Source of the DNA: Mobula hypostoma
Lineage: Eukaryota
DNA: 64,000 bases
Assembly (NCBI RefSeq): GCF_963921235.1
Contig: NC_086109.1
Span: 31,312,001-31,376,000, forward strand
Direction of reading: 5' to 3'
Both the position numbers and the translations under genes were made by a program. Below the pieces are notes generated by a model, which worked only from the letters and a program-made list of their open reading frames with translations, searched no databases and was not told the DNA's origin. Shown here piece after piece: positions 46,857-59,786 of the stretch. How positions within the stretch are numbered: the stretch's first letter is position 1; each line of letters starts with the position of its first letter.

Positions 46857-49800
46857 AGAAACATAGAAACATACAGCACAATACAGGCCCTTCGACCCAC
46901 AAAGCTGTGCCAAACATGTCCTAGCCTTAGAAATTACCTAGGGTTACCCACAGCCCTCTATTTTTCTGAGCTCCATCTACCTATCCAGGATTCTCTTAAA
47001 AGACCCTATTGTATCCATCTCTGCCACCATAGTCGGCAGCCCATTCCACGCACTCAAAACTCTCTGCATAAAAAACTTACCCCTGACATCTCCTCTGTGC
47101 CTAGTTTGAAGCCTTTCTATGGTTTCTACATCCTTCCTGTAGTGAGGCGATCAGAACTGAGCATAGTACTCCAAGTGGGGTCTGACCAGGGTCCCGTAGA
47201 GCTCCAACATTATCTTTTGGCTCCTAAAATCAATCCCACGATTGATGAAGACCAATGCACCGTATGCCTTCTTAACCACAGAGTCAACCTGCGCAGCAGC
47301 TTTGAGTGTCCTGTGAACGCGGACCCCAAGATCCCCCTGATCTTCCACACTGCCAAGAGTCTTACCATTAATACTAAATTCTGCCATCATATTTGACTTA
47401 TTAAAGTGAACCACTTCTCACTTATTTGGGTTGAACTCCATCTACTACTTCTCAGCCCAGTTTTGCATCCTATCAATGTCCCGCTGTAACCTCTGACAGC
47501 CCTCCACATTATCCACAACACGCCCAACTTTTGTGTCATCAGCAAATTTACAAACCCATCCCTCCACTTCCTCATCCAGGTCATTTATAAAAATCATGAA
47601 GAGAAGGGGTCCCAGAACAGATCCCTGAGGCACACCACTGGTCGCTGACCTCCATGCAGAATATGGCCCGTGTACAAACACTCTTTTACTTCTGTGAGCA
47701 AGCCAATTCTGGATCCACAAAGCAATGTCCCCTTGGATCCCATGCCTCCTTACTTTCTCAATAAGCCTTGCATGAGGTACCTTGTCAATTGCCTTACTGA
47801 AATCCATATATACTACACCTACTGCTCTACCTTCATCAATGTATTTAGTCACATCCTCAAAAAATTCAATCAGACTCATAAGGCACGACCTGCCTTTGAC
47901 AAAGCCATGCTGACTATTCCTAATCATATTATACCTCTCCAAATGTTCATAAATCCTGCCTCTCAGGATCTCCTCCATCAACTTACCAACCACTCAAGTA
48001 AGACTCACTGATCTGTAATTTCTTGGGCTATCTCTACTCCCTTTCTTGAATAAGGGAACAACTTCCAGAACCCTCCAATCCTCCAGAAGCTCTCCCATCC
48101 CCATTGATGATACAAAGATCATCACCAGAGGCTCAGCAATCTCCTCCCTTGCCTCCCACAGTAGCCTGGGGTACATCTTGTCTAGTCCCGGTGACTTATC
48201 CAACCTGATGTTTTCCAAAAGCTCCAGCACTTCCTCTTTCTTAATATCTACATGTTCAAGCTATTCAGTGCACTGTAAGTCATCCCTGCAATTGCCTAGA
48301 TCATTTTTCCGTAGTGAATACTGAAGCAAAGTATTCATTATGTACCACTGTTACCTCCTCTAGTTCCATATATACTTTTCCACTATCACACTTGATTGGT
48401 CCTATTCTCTCACGTCTTATCCTCTTGTTCTTCACATACTTGTAGAATGACTTGGGGTTTTCCTGAATCCCGTCTGCCAAGACCTTCTCATGGCCCCTTC
48501 TGACTCTTCCTTCCTGCTAGCTTTATGATTTTCTAGATTCTATCATTACCTAGTTTTTTGAACTTTTTGTGAGCTCTTCTTTTCTTGACTAGATTTTCAA
48601 CAGCCTTTGTACACCACGGTTCCTGTACCCTACCATCCTTTCCCTGTCTCATTGGGACTTACCTATGCAAAACTCCATGCAAATAATACATTTCCCTGAG
48701 AACATCTGTCCCCAATTTATGCTTCTAAGTTCTTGCCTGATAGCCTCATATTTCCCCTTACCCCAATTAAACGCTTTCCTAATGTGTCTGTTCCTATCCT
48801 GCTCCAATGCTATTGTAAAGGAGATTGAATTGTGATCACTGTCTCCAAAATGCTCTCCCACTGAGAGTTCCAACACCTGACCATGTTCATTTCCCAATAC
48901 CAGATCACGTATAGCCTCTCATCTTGTAGACTTATCTACATGTTGTGTCAAGAAACCTTCCTGAGCACGCCTAACAAATTCCACCCCATCTAAACCCCTT
49001 GCTCTAGGGAGATGTCAATCGATATTTGGGAAATTAGAATCTCCCACCACGACAACCCTGTTATTATTACACCTTTCCAGAATCTGTCTCTGTTTCTGTT
49101 TCTTGATATCCCTGTTACTATTGAGTGGTCTATAAAAAACACCCAGTAGAGTTATTGACTCCTTCCTGTTCCTAGCTTCCACCCACAGAGACTACGTAGA
49201 CAATCCCTCCACGACTTCCTCCTTTTCTGCAGCCATGACACTACCTCTGATCAACAGTGCCATGCCCCCACCTCTTTTGCCTCCCTCCCTGTCCTTTCTG
49301 AAACATCTAAAGTCTGGCATTCGAAGTAACCATTCCTACCCCTGAGCTATCCAAGTCTCTGTAATGGCCACAAAATCACAGCTCCAAGTACTGATCCATG
49401 CTCTAAGCTCATCAGCTTTGTTCATAATACTCCTTGCATTAAAATAAGTCACATCTCAAACCATTGGTCTGAGCGTGTCCCTTCTCTAACACCTGCCTAT
49501 CCTCCCTTTCACACTGTCTCCAAGGTTTCTCTGTTTGTGAGCCAACCGCCTCTTCCTCTGCCTCTTCAGTTCGGTTCCAACCCACCAGCAATTTTATTCT
49601 AAACTCTCCCCAATAGCCTTAACAAGCCTCCCCACCAGGATATTGGTCCCCTGGGATTCAAGTGCAATCCGTCCTTTTTGCACAGGTCATGCCTGCCCCA
49701 AAAGAGGTCCCAATGATCCAGAAATCTGAATCCCTGACCCCTGCTCCAATCCCTCAGCCACACATTTATCCTCTACCTCACCTTATTCCTATACTCACTG

Positions 49801-50910
49801 TCACGTGGCACAGACAATAATCCCAAGGTTACTACCTTTGTGCTCTCAACTTCCTTCCTAACTCCCTGTAGTCTGCTTTCAGGACCTCCTCCCTTTTCCT
49901 GCCTATGTCGTTAGTACCAATATGTACCACGACCTCTGGCTGTTCTCCTTCCCACTTCAAGATATCATGGACTCAATCAGAAACATCCCGGACCCTGGCA
50001 CCTGGGAGGCAAACTACTACCCGTGTTTCTTTCCTGCGTCCAAAGAATCACCTGTCTGACCACCTAACTATAGAGTCCCCTATCACTGCTGCCTTCTTCC
50101 TTTCCCTACCCTTCTGAGCCACAGGGCCAGACGTTGTGTCAGAGACGCAGCCACCATTGCTTCCCCCCCAGGTAGGCCGTACCCCCCCCCCCCGCCAACA
50201 GCACTCAAGCAGGAGTACTTATTGATAAGGGGGACAGCCACAGGGGTACTCTCTGGCAGCTGACTCCTGCCGTTCCCCCCCCCCACCAACACACTTATCT
50301 GCCTCTGATGCCCTGGTGTGACTACCTGCCTAAAACTCCTATCTCTCTCCTCCTCACTCTCCCTGACCAGATGAACGTCATTGAACTGCATCTCCAATTC
50401 CCCAATGTGGTCCCTAAGGAGCTGCAGCTCGATGCACCTGGCACAGATGTGACCGTCTGGGAGGATGGGAATCTCCAGGACTTCTCACATCTGACACCAA
50501 GCACAGAACACCGGCCTCACACACATACTTCCTGTCTGTATTCTACAGACAACCTACCTCACCTCGACCCATTATCACCGAAACCCCGTTAAGCCAAAGC
50601 CCTGCCACTCTGTCTCCAGCTCCCTAATGCCCACTCTATAAAGTTGTCTTCTATTAAACTCATCTCGCTGTTCTAATTGGCTGATGTCCACGCACTTGCG
50701 CAGTCATGCCTTGATCAAACCGCTGAAGAAATAACCATCTCCTTTTAAACTCTTCTCGCTGTTCTAAGTGGCTGACATCCACGTGCTTGCGGAGTTGTGC
50801 CTCGATCAAACAGCTGAAGAAATAATCATCTCCTTTTAAACCCCTCTCCCTGTTCTAACTGGCTGATATCCATGCGCTTGCACAGTTGTGCCTCGGTCAA
50901 ACCGCTGAAA
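46857..50910 (-). mobile_element. Near full-length CR1 LINE (ORF1, APE-RT ORF2), frameshifted, with an internal deletion near 47100
   Basis: AGTT TSD at 46853-46856 and 50911-50914; RT ORFs with [22 protein letters not shown] and [25 protein letters not shown]1-like region at about 49600-50500; (AGAAACAT)n tail. Confidence 0.92.
50646..50910 (-). repeat. About three 91-bp tandem monomers at the CR1 5' end
   Basis: Unit marker taaac at 50655, 50746 and 50837; each unit has ctgttctaaNtggctga...tcaaacNgctgaa. Confidence 0.85.
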
Positions 50911-51129
50911 AGTTCCTCCAACATTTTGTGTGTATTGCCCTGGATTTCCAGCATCTGCAGAGTTTCATGTTGTTCAACTTCTCTTGTGTTTGCCACGTTA
51001 GCAGGCACTGGTCATTTTTCGGTAAAATACAGAGCTAGGTCAGATCTTACCACAATATGACTCAATGCCATCAGCTGTCAGAGACGAATAACGAGAATGT
51101 AGGGATATGGAGGGCAAAGGATCAAAAAT

Positions 51130-51450
51130 ATTAAAGATTAAAGAATAGATTTATTTGTCACATGCACATCAAATCCCTGAAACACACAGTGAAATATGTT
51201 TACGTCAACAGTCAACGCAGTTCAAAAAAGCGCTGGGGACAGCCCTGAAGGATGGCAATGCTTCTGGTGTGAACTGAGTATGCCCACAACACACTAACCC
51301 TATGCCGTACATCTTTGGAATGTGGGAGGAGTCCAGAATACCCAACGGAAACCCGCATGGTCATGGCGAGAATGTACAAATACCTTACAGACAAAGGTGG
51401 GAATTAGACTCATATTGATGGTGCTGAAATGCGTTATTCTAAATGTGCTG
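51130..51450 (-). mobile_element. V-SINE-like element
   Basis: The reverse complement contains GCGGGTTTCCGTTGGGTATTCTGGACTCCTCCCACATTCCAAAGATGTACG. Confidence 0.7.
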
Positions 51451-51972
51451 CCTAGTACAAAGGGAGTACAACTTGTGCAAGAAAATAGTAGGTAGTGAGT
51501 CCTTTCTGGTGCTTTGCAATGTTATGCTGAAAATTGCTTGTGATGTTACTAAAAACAGACATGGGCAACAATCTTTCATTCAATGGCTAGCAACCAGGGC
51601 AAGCCCATTGTTAATGCATCACACATCTGAACAAAACTGAAGGACGGTCAGCAGCCAATGAGTGCAGGGCTGATGACGCAGCAGTGGCAAGGGAGTCACA
51701 AGACACTGCAGAGACTGGAATCTAGGACAACAGATTTTTTTTTGCTTTTATGCCAAGGGAGTGACTGGCTGATGCCACTGACCTGTCACCCTGGGAAATC
51801 AGCCAGACTGAAGGACAGGCAGCATGAGTGAATGTTTAGGTTAACTCTTAAATATCTGACTAACATAAATAACTAACACCTGTCAAATGATAGCTAACAG
51901 AACTTCTCCTATACAATGTTGTACTTTTTTTTTTGCTTAAGAAAGACATTTACTTTGTTTACTGACCACAAG

Positions 51973-52038
51973 CCATTTCTGAGGATTAATGTTTGCTTGA
52001 TTAAAGTTTGGTTGTCTCACTCGACTGGTTATTCCCAG
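51973..52038 (+). pseudogene. Possible pseudo-exon E23
   Basis: tttgtttactgaccacaag acceptor, CAG|gttata donor; phase 0 to 0, no stop; PFLRINVCLIKVWLSHSTGYSQ. Confidence 0.45.
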
Positions 52039-52427
52039 GTTATAAGTTTATATTCCCATTCCATTGGTTAAAGTTATATTAAGATCTTATTGTCTCAGTA
52101 TGATAATGGCAGGATATCCATTCTATATTGTAAAAATAAATTTGAATTGTAGTTTACCATAAAATGGCTGGAATTGAAATAGCTACTTGAAGCAATTTGA
52201 TTTTAGGGCAAGTGTAAACACACAAGTTAAGTAGTTTGACTGACTCTAACATGGGTATGAATGCAGACAGGATGCCTTCCCTTCAAGCAGGTTATGAATT
52301 GGTCTGCTAAGTATGTTTAGATAAAATGTAGACAAACTGCAAAAGAAGAACCCCATGCAGAAATCTTGGATGCAGTGAATATGAAGATGGAGTCTTGGCA
52401 ATTGCTCTCCTAACATATAATAGATAA

Positions 52428-54050
52428 TAGAAACATAGAAACATAGAAACATAGAAAATAGGTGCAGGAGTAGGCCATTCGGCCCTTCGAGCCTGCACTG
52501 CCATTTATTATGATCATGGCTGATCATCCAACTCAGAACCCCGCCCCAGCCTTCTCTCCATACCCCCTGACCCCCGTAGCCACAAGGGCCATATCTAACT
52601 CCCTCTTAAATATAGCCAATGAACTGGCCTCAACAGTTTCCTGTGGCAGAGAATTCCACAGATTCACCACTCTCTGTGTGAAGAAGTTTTTCCTAATCTC
52701 GGTCCTAAAAGGCTTCCCTTCTATCCTCAAACTGTGACCCCTCGTTCTGGACTTCCCCAACATTGGGAACAATCTTCCTGCATCTAGCCTGTCCAATCCC
52801 TTCAGGATCTTATACGTTTCAATCAGATCCCCCCTCAATCTTCTAAATTCCAACGAGTACAAGCCCAGTTCATCCAGTCTTTCTTCATATGAAAGTCCTG
52901 CCATCCCAGGAATCAATCTGGCGAACCTTCTTTGTACTCCCTCTATGGCAAAGATGTCTTTCCTCAGATTAGGGGACCAAAACTGCACACAATACTCCAG
53001 GTGTGGTCTCACCAAGGCCTTGTACAACTGCAGTAGTACCTCCTTGCTCCTGTACTCGAATCCTCTCGCTATAAATGCCAGCATACCATTCGCCTTTTTC
53101 ACCGCCTGCTGTACCTGCATGCCCACTTTCAATGACTGGTGTATAATGACACCCAGGTCTCGTTGCACCTCCCCTTTTCCTAATCGGCCACCATTCAGAT
53201 AATAATCTGTTTTCCTATTTTTGCCACCAAAGTGGATAACTTCACATTTATCCACATTAAATTGCATCTGCCATGAATTTGCCCACTCACCCAACCTATC
53301 CAAGTCACCCTGCATCCTCTGAGCATCCTCCTCACAGCTAACACTGCCACCCAGCTTCATGTCATCCGCAAACTTGGAGATGCTGCATTTAATTCCCTCA
53401 TCCAAGTCATTAATATATATTGTAAACAACTGGGGTCCCAGCACTGAGCCTTGTGGTACCCCACTAGTCACCGCCTGCCATTCTGAAAAGGTCCCGTTTA
53501 TTCCCACTCTTTGCTTCCTGTCTGCTAACCAATTCTCCACCCACACCAATACCTTACCCCCAATACCGTGTGCTTTAAGTTTGCACACTAATCTCCTGTG
53601 TGGGACCTTGTCAAAAGCCTTTTGAAAATCCAAATATACCACATCCACTGGTTCTCCCCTATCCACTCTACTAGTTACATCCTCAAAAAATTCTATGAGA
53701 TTCATCAGACATGATTTTCCTTTCACAAATCCATGCTGACTTTGTCCGATCATTTCACCGCTTTCCAAATGTGCTGTTATCACATCCTTGATAACTGACT
53801 CCAGCAGTTTCCCCACCACCGACGTTAGGCTAACCGGTCTATAATTCCCCGGTTTCTCTCTCCCTCCTTTTTTAAAAAGTGGGGTTACATTAGCCACCCT
53901 CCAATCCTCAGGAATTAGTCCAGAATCTAACGAGTTTTGAAAAATTATCACTAATTTTCTTGGGCTACTTCTCTAAGCACTCTAGGATGCAGACCATCTG
54001 GCCCTGGGGATTTATCTGCCTTCAATCCCTTCAATTTACCTAACACCACA
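52428..54050 (-). mobile_element. Young CR1 LINE, 5'-truncated, with an intact 472-aa RT segment
   Basis: ORF 52533-53951 with [33 protein letters not shown] and KFADDMKLGG; (ATAGAAAC)n tail at 52426-52456. Confidence 0.97.
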
Positions 54051-54149
54051 TGATTCATAAGATTCAAACTATGGATATACAAAGCGTCAGATGAACATAA
54101 CATCCTTGAGAAACAGTCTAGAAGAAGAAATTACCTATAAAACCATTTC

Positions 54150-54560
54150 AGCAAATCCACATAGATTACTGTGAGAATTCTGAATAACCACAATGGATGA
54201 TGAAAAATGTATTAAGATGTACCTTCACTGTACACAGTCTTCCAGAAAAAGTCACAATGGATAATAGTCAATGCTTTTAATCATTTCAATTTGAACCACA
54301 AATCATTTTGTGAACAATGGAATAAAACATAATTGCAGGTCACTTCTCCTGACCAGCTGGCTTCAAATGGAAGGTTTTCACGGTGAAGTTATTGTCGATG
54401 AAGTAAGTCATGGAAGATCTTTCAACATCACAATGAAACAGAGACTTGTAATGTTCCTTTTAAACAACATCACACTCCATAGCTAGAATGCTGAGATATC
54501 GAATGACTTCAGAAGCTCAAGAAGAAATGCTGATCGTTGGAAATTCAAAAAAACATCACG
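54150..54560 (+). mobile_element. Gypsy LTR retrotransposon integrase remnant, heavily decayed
   Basis: LRCTFTVHSLPEKVTMDNSQCF, then NNGIKH and ASNG in shifted frames, matching the LR.LFA.HGLPE..VSDNG.QF...NGIKH...P.SNG pattern. Confidence 0.55.
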
Positions 54561-55414
54561 ACAGAAGTAATGAAGATGTTCTCTGTGCATATGTAGAGAG
54601 ATCTCCATGAAGGTTGCAAATGAGAATCAGAATCATGTTTATCATCGCCAGCATGTGTTGTAAAGTTTGTTAACTTAGCAGTGGCGGTATAATGCGATGC
54701 ATGATAATATAGGAAAAAAAAGTAAATCATTTACCGTAAGTGTGTGTGAATATATATGTAAATAGAGTAACATAGTGTAAAAACAGAAGTAATATTGATT
54801 TTAAAGAAGTGAGGTAGTGTTAATGGGTTCAATGTCCATTTAAGAATTGTATAGCAGAGGGGAAGAAGCTCTTCCTGAATCACTGAAGATGGGATATGAA
54901 GAAACTATTGAATTTTATGTTCTTGTGAGGATTGATGAGAAAGTCAAAGTATTCCATGTAGACCACTTGACCTTGATGCATGATATCCAGAAGAATAGTG
55001 AAGAAAACAGTGAGGCTGAAGATGTTCCTGAAGTAAATCTGACAATCGCTTGCAAAAAGCCAACATGTAAGGCTGTAGATGCTGCCAGTCTTTATCAATA
55101 CATGATATCAGGGTGCATTACAGCTTAGCATGGCGACTCTTTTGCTGATGACTGTACGAAACTGCAGAGTCATGGACATGGTTCGGTTGATCACGGAAAC
55201 CAGCCTTCCATCCAAGGACAAACAACAGAAAATCTGCAGATGCTGGAAATCCAAGCTTCCAACCATGGTGTTGGTCTATAATTGTCTCTACCTCAGTAGA
55301 GCAGCCAGCATAATCATAGAATGCCCATCCTGGACATTCTCTCTTCTCCCCCTCCCATCATGCAGAAGAAAAAAAAGCCTGAAAGTATGTACCACCAGGC
55401 TTATATTCCACTGT

Positions 55415-56360
55415 TATAACTATATAACCATATAACAATTACAGCACAGAAACAGGCCATCTTAGCCCTTCTAGTCTGTGCCGAACTCTTACCCTATCCT
55501 AGTCCCACCGACCTGCACTCAGCCCATAACCCTCCATTCCTTTCCTGTCCATATATCTATCCAATTTAACTTTAAACGACAACATAGAACCTGGCTCAAC
55601 CACTTCTGCTGGAAGCTCATTCCACACAGCTACCACTCTCTGAGTAAAGAAGTTCCCCCTCATGTTACCCCTAAACTTTTGTCCTCTAACTCTCAACCCA
55701 TGTCCTCTTCTTTGAATCTTCCCCACTCTCAATGGAAAAAGTCCAACCATGTCAACTCTATCAATCCCCCTCATAATTTTAAATACCTCTATCAAGTCCC
55801 CCCTCAACCTTCTATGCTCCAAAGAATAAATATCTAACTTGTTCAACCTTTCTCTGTAACTTAGGAGATGAAACCCAGGCAACATTTTAGTAAACCTCCT
55901 CTGTACTCTCTCAATTTTATTGACATCTTTCCTATAATTTGGTGACCGGAACTGTACACAATACTCCAGATTTGGCCTTACCAATGCCCTATACAATTTC
56001 AACATTACATCCCAACTCCTATACTCAAGGCTCTGATTAATAAAGGCCAGCAAACCAAAAGCTTTCTTCACCACCCTATCCACATGAGATTTTATCTTCA
56101 GGGAACTATGTACCATTATTCCTAGATCCCTCTGTTCTAAAGCATTCTTTAATGCCCTACCATTTACCATGTATGTTCTATTTTGATTATTTCTACCAAA
56201 ATGTAGCACCTCACATTTTTCAGCATTAAACTCCATCTGCCATCTTTCAGCCCACTCTTCTAACTGTCCTAAATCTCTCTGCAAATTTTGAAAACCTACC
56301 TCATCATCCACAACACCACATATCTTAGTATCATCTGCATACTTACTCATCCAATTTACC
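55415..56360 (-). mobile_element. CR1 LINE, 5'-truncated
   Basis: SKYADDTKICG through FFTQRVVAVWNELP in ORF 55499-56494; (TATAACCA)n-type tail. Confidence 0.93.
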
Positions 56361-57160
56361 CAGCTGACAAACGTAAACAGCTTCAAATACCTGGGAAGCA
56401 TCATCTCCAATGATGGGTCTTTGGACAAAGAAATTGGCTCTAGGATCAGCAAGGCCAGCCAGGCTCTGGGGAGGCTGCATAACAGAGTGCTCAATCAACA
56501 CAACGTCCGCACCTCCACAAAGCTGAAAGTCTACAGAGCTGTGGATATCCCTTCTCTCCTATACGGATGTGAGACCTGGACTCTGTATTGACGACACATC
56601 AAACAACTGGAGAAATTTCACATGCGCGCCCTCCTCTCCATCCTTGGCATTCTTGGGCAAGACCATGTCTCTAACCTGGAGGTCTTGGATCACGCGGAGT
56701 CCACCAGCATTGAGTCCCTGATCGTCAGAGCCCAGATGCGGTGAGTGGGACACGTCATCAGAATGGACGACCACCGCATGCCTCGCCAGCTGCTCTGTGG
56801 TGAGCTGGAGACGGGAAAGAGACCTGAAGGTCATCCACGCAAACGCTACAAAACACTGTGAAAGAAACCCTACACTACTGTGACACCCAGCCAAGGGAAC
56901 CAGAAGCTACGGCTGCTGACAGACCCGCTGGCGAGCCCTGTGCTATGAAGCCTACACCAGTTTTGAAGACGGGTGCTGCCAAAAACTGATAGAAAACCGT
57001 GAGCGGCGTCACAGAACAGCAGCCGCAATTATTACAACAACGGACCTCCAGTGCCCCCATTGTGCTAGACTCTGCGCTTCCAGACTGGGTCTGCAGAGCC
57101 ACCTCCGTGTCTGCAGATGAACTGCACAACAGCGTGTCTTCTTCGAATCCAAAGGACTAC
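56361..57160 (+). mobile_element. RTE-clade LINE, 5'-truncated
   Basis: QLTNVNSFKYLGSIISNDGSLDKEIGSRISKASQALGRL...STKLKVYRAV...LLYGCETWTLY, and a C-terminal C2H2-like CPHCARLCASRLGLQSHLRVC. Confidence 0.9.
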
Positions 57161-57601
57161 CAATTAGTATTAAATAATTATTTCATTTGCCACTTCCTTG
57201 CCCATTCTCCTAATCTGTCTAAGTCCTTCTGCAGACTACATATTTCCTCAATACTACCTGCCCCTCCATCAATCTTATCATCTTATCAAACTTGGCAACA
57301 AAGCCATTTATTCCATCATCTAAATCATTGATATACAGCACAAAAAGAAGAGGTCCCAACACCGACCCTGACCAGGGAGTGCCAAAGAGTCTAATTCTGT
57401 GGTATATGGTTCTAAACAGGCTATTCATTCTAAATGATTTTATATTTACCCTCTAAGAGTCCCAACTTAATCTGATCACTACTTTTCTTCGGTACAGGCT
57501 GGTGACCTATTTAAATCCCAACTTTACAATAAACTTTGCTTTCAAGCAAATTCTTTGTATTTTCATATAAAACAAAAGGTTTTTATTTTGTCTTTTCACA
57601 A

Positions 57602-58259
57602 AATGGAGCTTTGGTGGCACCTCGAGGTCAGCTGCTGCAAATTTCCACCCTACATGATTGGGAACTCTTGAAAACTCCAGGAATCTGTGTCTCTCTACTC
57701 AGAAAGATAAAAGGACAAGAGATACATTGAGGACCAACAAACCCTTAAACCTGGTCTCACTAACCTTGTAGTTCCCACAGAGATGAGTAGCTAGACACAA
57801 GTTACACTTCACACAGTGGAAAATATCATTCTTTGGTCCAGTCCCACATAAGACAATTGAATGATCCTCTAGTATGATAAAATGTAGTCTTCACCTCACA
57901 ATCACCCTTGTTAAAGCCTTCTACCTTATTGTCTGTCTGCACTGCACTTTCTCTGTAACTATAGTACTTTATTCTGTATTTTCCTATTGTTTCCCATTGT
58001 ATTATCTCCATGCACTGAGGTGATGAATGATCTGCATGGAAGGCATACAAATCAATGTCTTTCACCGTACCTCCATAGAGGTGACAATAGTTAGTCAATT
58101 TGTCGGTTTACCAATTGATGAGAGCCAAGATGACAAAAGAATATTACTGAGTTCAGAGGTGAATGTTGTTCCAATAATATTTGGTGGATCTTTTGGTTCA
58201 AAAATGATCCTGCTTCAGTTATCACAAAATGTGAAAAAAGTGATCATTTGGTTAAAACT
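57602..58259 (+). pseudogene. Possible pseudo-exon E24, split by a retroelement tail (about 57848-58117)
   Basis: Long polypyrimidine tract ending cacaa (AG>AA?). NGALVAPRGQLLQISTLHDWELLKTPG... before the insert; NITEFRGECCSNNIWWIFWFKNDPASVITKCEKSDHLVKT|gtaaat after it. Confidence 0.4.
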
Positions 58260-58359
58260 GTAAATATATTAAATGGTCTTTTTAAATTATATTTCTAAGA
58301 AAATATATCAGAAACTATTATATGTAATTTCAGTAATAAACAATAATTATTGTTTTAAG

Positions 58360-58907
58360 CTTGAGACATCTACATGGATTGTGTATTGTGACTTAATACT
58401 CTATGGACTCCAACAATCTGTATAAGAAGTTCCAGAGACAGGTTGTGAGGAGCCATTTTATAAACTAGATGGACCTTGTTTGAGTCCCTGTATCCATATG
58501 TTTCAGTCGATGCATTCTGCAATGGAATTTGTTAGCTACAATTTAGAAAATCATTATGACACTCAATTAAAACTCACATTTCTGGGAGCATGCCACAAGC
58601 ATAATTATGCATATGATGTTACACAAAGGACCTTAAACATCATACAACAAACACTAGCTTAATATTTGTTTTCATTAGCAGATCTTGAAAAAAGTCCTAA
58701 GGGATATATTTTGACATCATTTTATGTCATCTATTCTTAAGTTTGTGTTCAGAAAGACTCAAATATACAGAACACATTATTTTTTGCACTTTTCATGCCA
58801 ATGAGTTTCAAATTTAAATGAAGATGTTTATTAGGCATGACCTTTCCAAGCCAAAATATCAAAGCCATTATAATGTCAAACTATTTATTTACATATTACA
58901 AATTATG
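58360..58907 (+). pseudogene. Pseudo-exon E25
   Basis: ttattgttttaag acceptor, TG|gtaaga donor; phase 0 to 2; only 4 stops in 182 codons of AT-rich sequence: LETSTWIVYCDLILYGLQQSV*EVPETGCEEPFYKLDGPCLSPCIHMFQSMHSAMEFVSYNLENHYDTQLKLTFLGACHKHNYAYDV... Confidence 0.7.
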
Positions 58908-59364
58908 GTAAGATGAAACAAACATACTCAATTCTCTGTATATTGAAATTGTCCTGAGATTCAAAAATTAATTTTGTTTGACCTCAAGTATAGTTACTTG
59001 TGACTACTCAATGTGACAAAAGGAATTCTAAGCCCCTGGACCATTCAATGGAGTAATGTCCTGGGGATAACACATTACTAATTACAGCTGACTTAAAACC
59101 TACATGAAATAAGTACAGAAGCAAACAGGCTTCAGAGGTTAAACTTGCTGTTATGGAACAACAAAAACTAATATGTTTTTAAGGCATAGTTTAGTCTGAT
59201 CTAGTCTCTTTGAATTGTTTAAATCAATGATGATCATAACTTGCTGTGACCTCTAATTTTGTTGAGTATTAAGCAGTAACTCAATAATTAAATTGGAATT
59301 GTTTGACATGTACTTATATGCACTTATTTATTCACAAGTATCTTTTTGTCTGTAAACACTGCAG

Positions 59365-59621
59365 ATACATTTGCTTAGATGGATTATAATGATCATTTTT
59401 GTTAACTTTCAATTTCCAAATGGATTATTTATGAAAAGGGAGAGCTGATTCAGAGCAAAATATATTGATCATTAATCAGGCATACTGAAAGTGGGGACAG
59501 GTCTTGACGTTACTTTGATCCTATCTGAAACATTGTTTAAGCAATTTGTGTAAATAATTAGATAATTATGGCATTAAGCTTGGTATTTTTGATTTAGTAA
59601 ATATTGTCACTTTCAATGCAG
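59365..59621 (+). pseudogene. Pseudo-exon E26
   Basis: aacactgcag acceptor, CAG|gtgagg donor; phase 2 start; YICLDGL**SFLLTFNFQMDYL*KGRADSEQNILIINQAY*KWGQVLTLL*SYLKHCLSNLCK*LDNYGIKLGIFDLV. Confidence 0.55.
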
Positions 59622-59686
59622 GTGAGGGACAATTAAATAGAAAGTAAAAATATTTATAAAATATCTTTCATTTCCTACATTTCTAG

Positions 59687-59786
59687 TTATGTAGATAATT
59701 TTCCAAGCACAGAGTTACAGTATTTTCATATCAGAAACCATGAATTAGAGTGAATAATGCAGGGACGATTTCTGTGCTGGTGGGAG
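59687..59786 (+). pseudogene. Pseudo-exon E27
   Basis: tttcatttcctacatttctag acceptor after a 65-nt intron; YVDNFPSTELQYFHIRNHELE*IMQGRFLCWWE|gtggtt. This frame requires a frameshift late in E26. Confidence 0.5.

Noticed and set aside
50646..50910. CRISPR-like array
   Set aside because: Whole units repeat with no unique spacers, and the context is a eukaryotic LINE 5' end.
52945..53625. Short antisense ORFs over CR1 (also 36-317 and 501-722)
   Set aside because: Shadow ORFs on the opposite strand of the LINE RT coding sequence.
55499..56494. 331-aa ORF as a novel protein
   Set aside because: Chimeric artefact: the N-terminus is antisense RTE sequence read into the CR1 RT.
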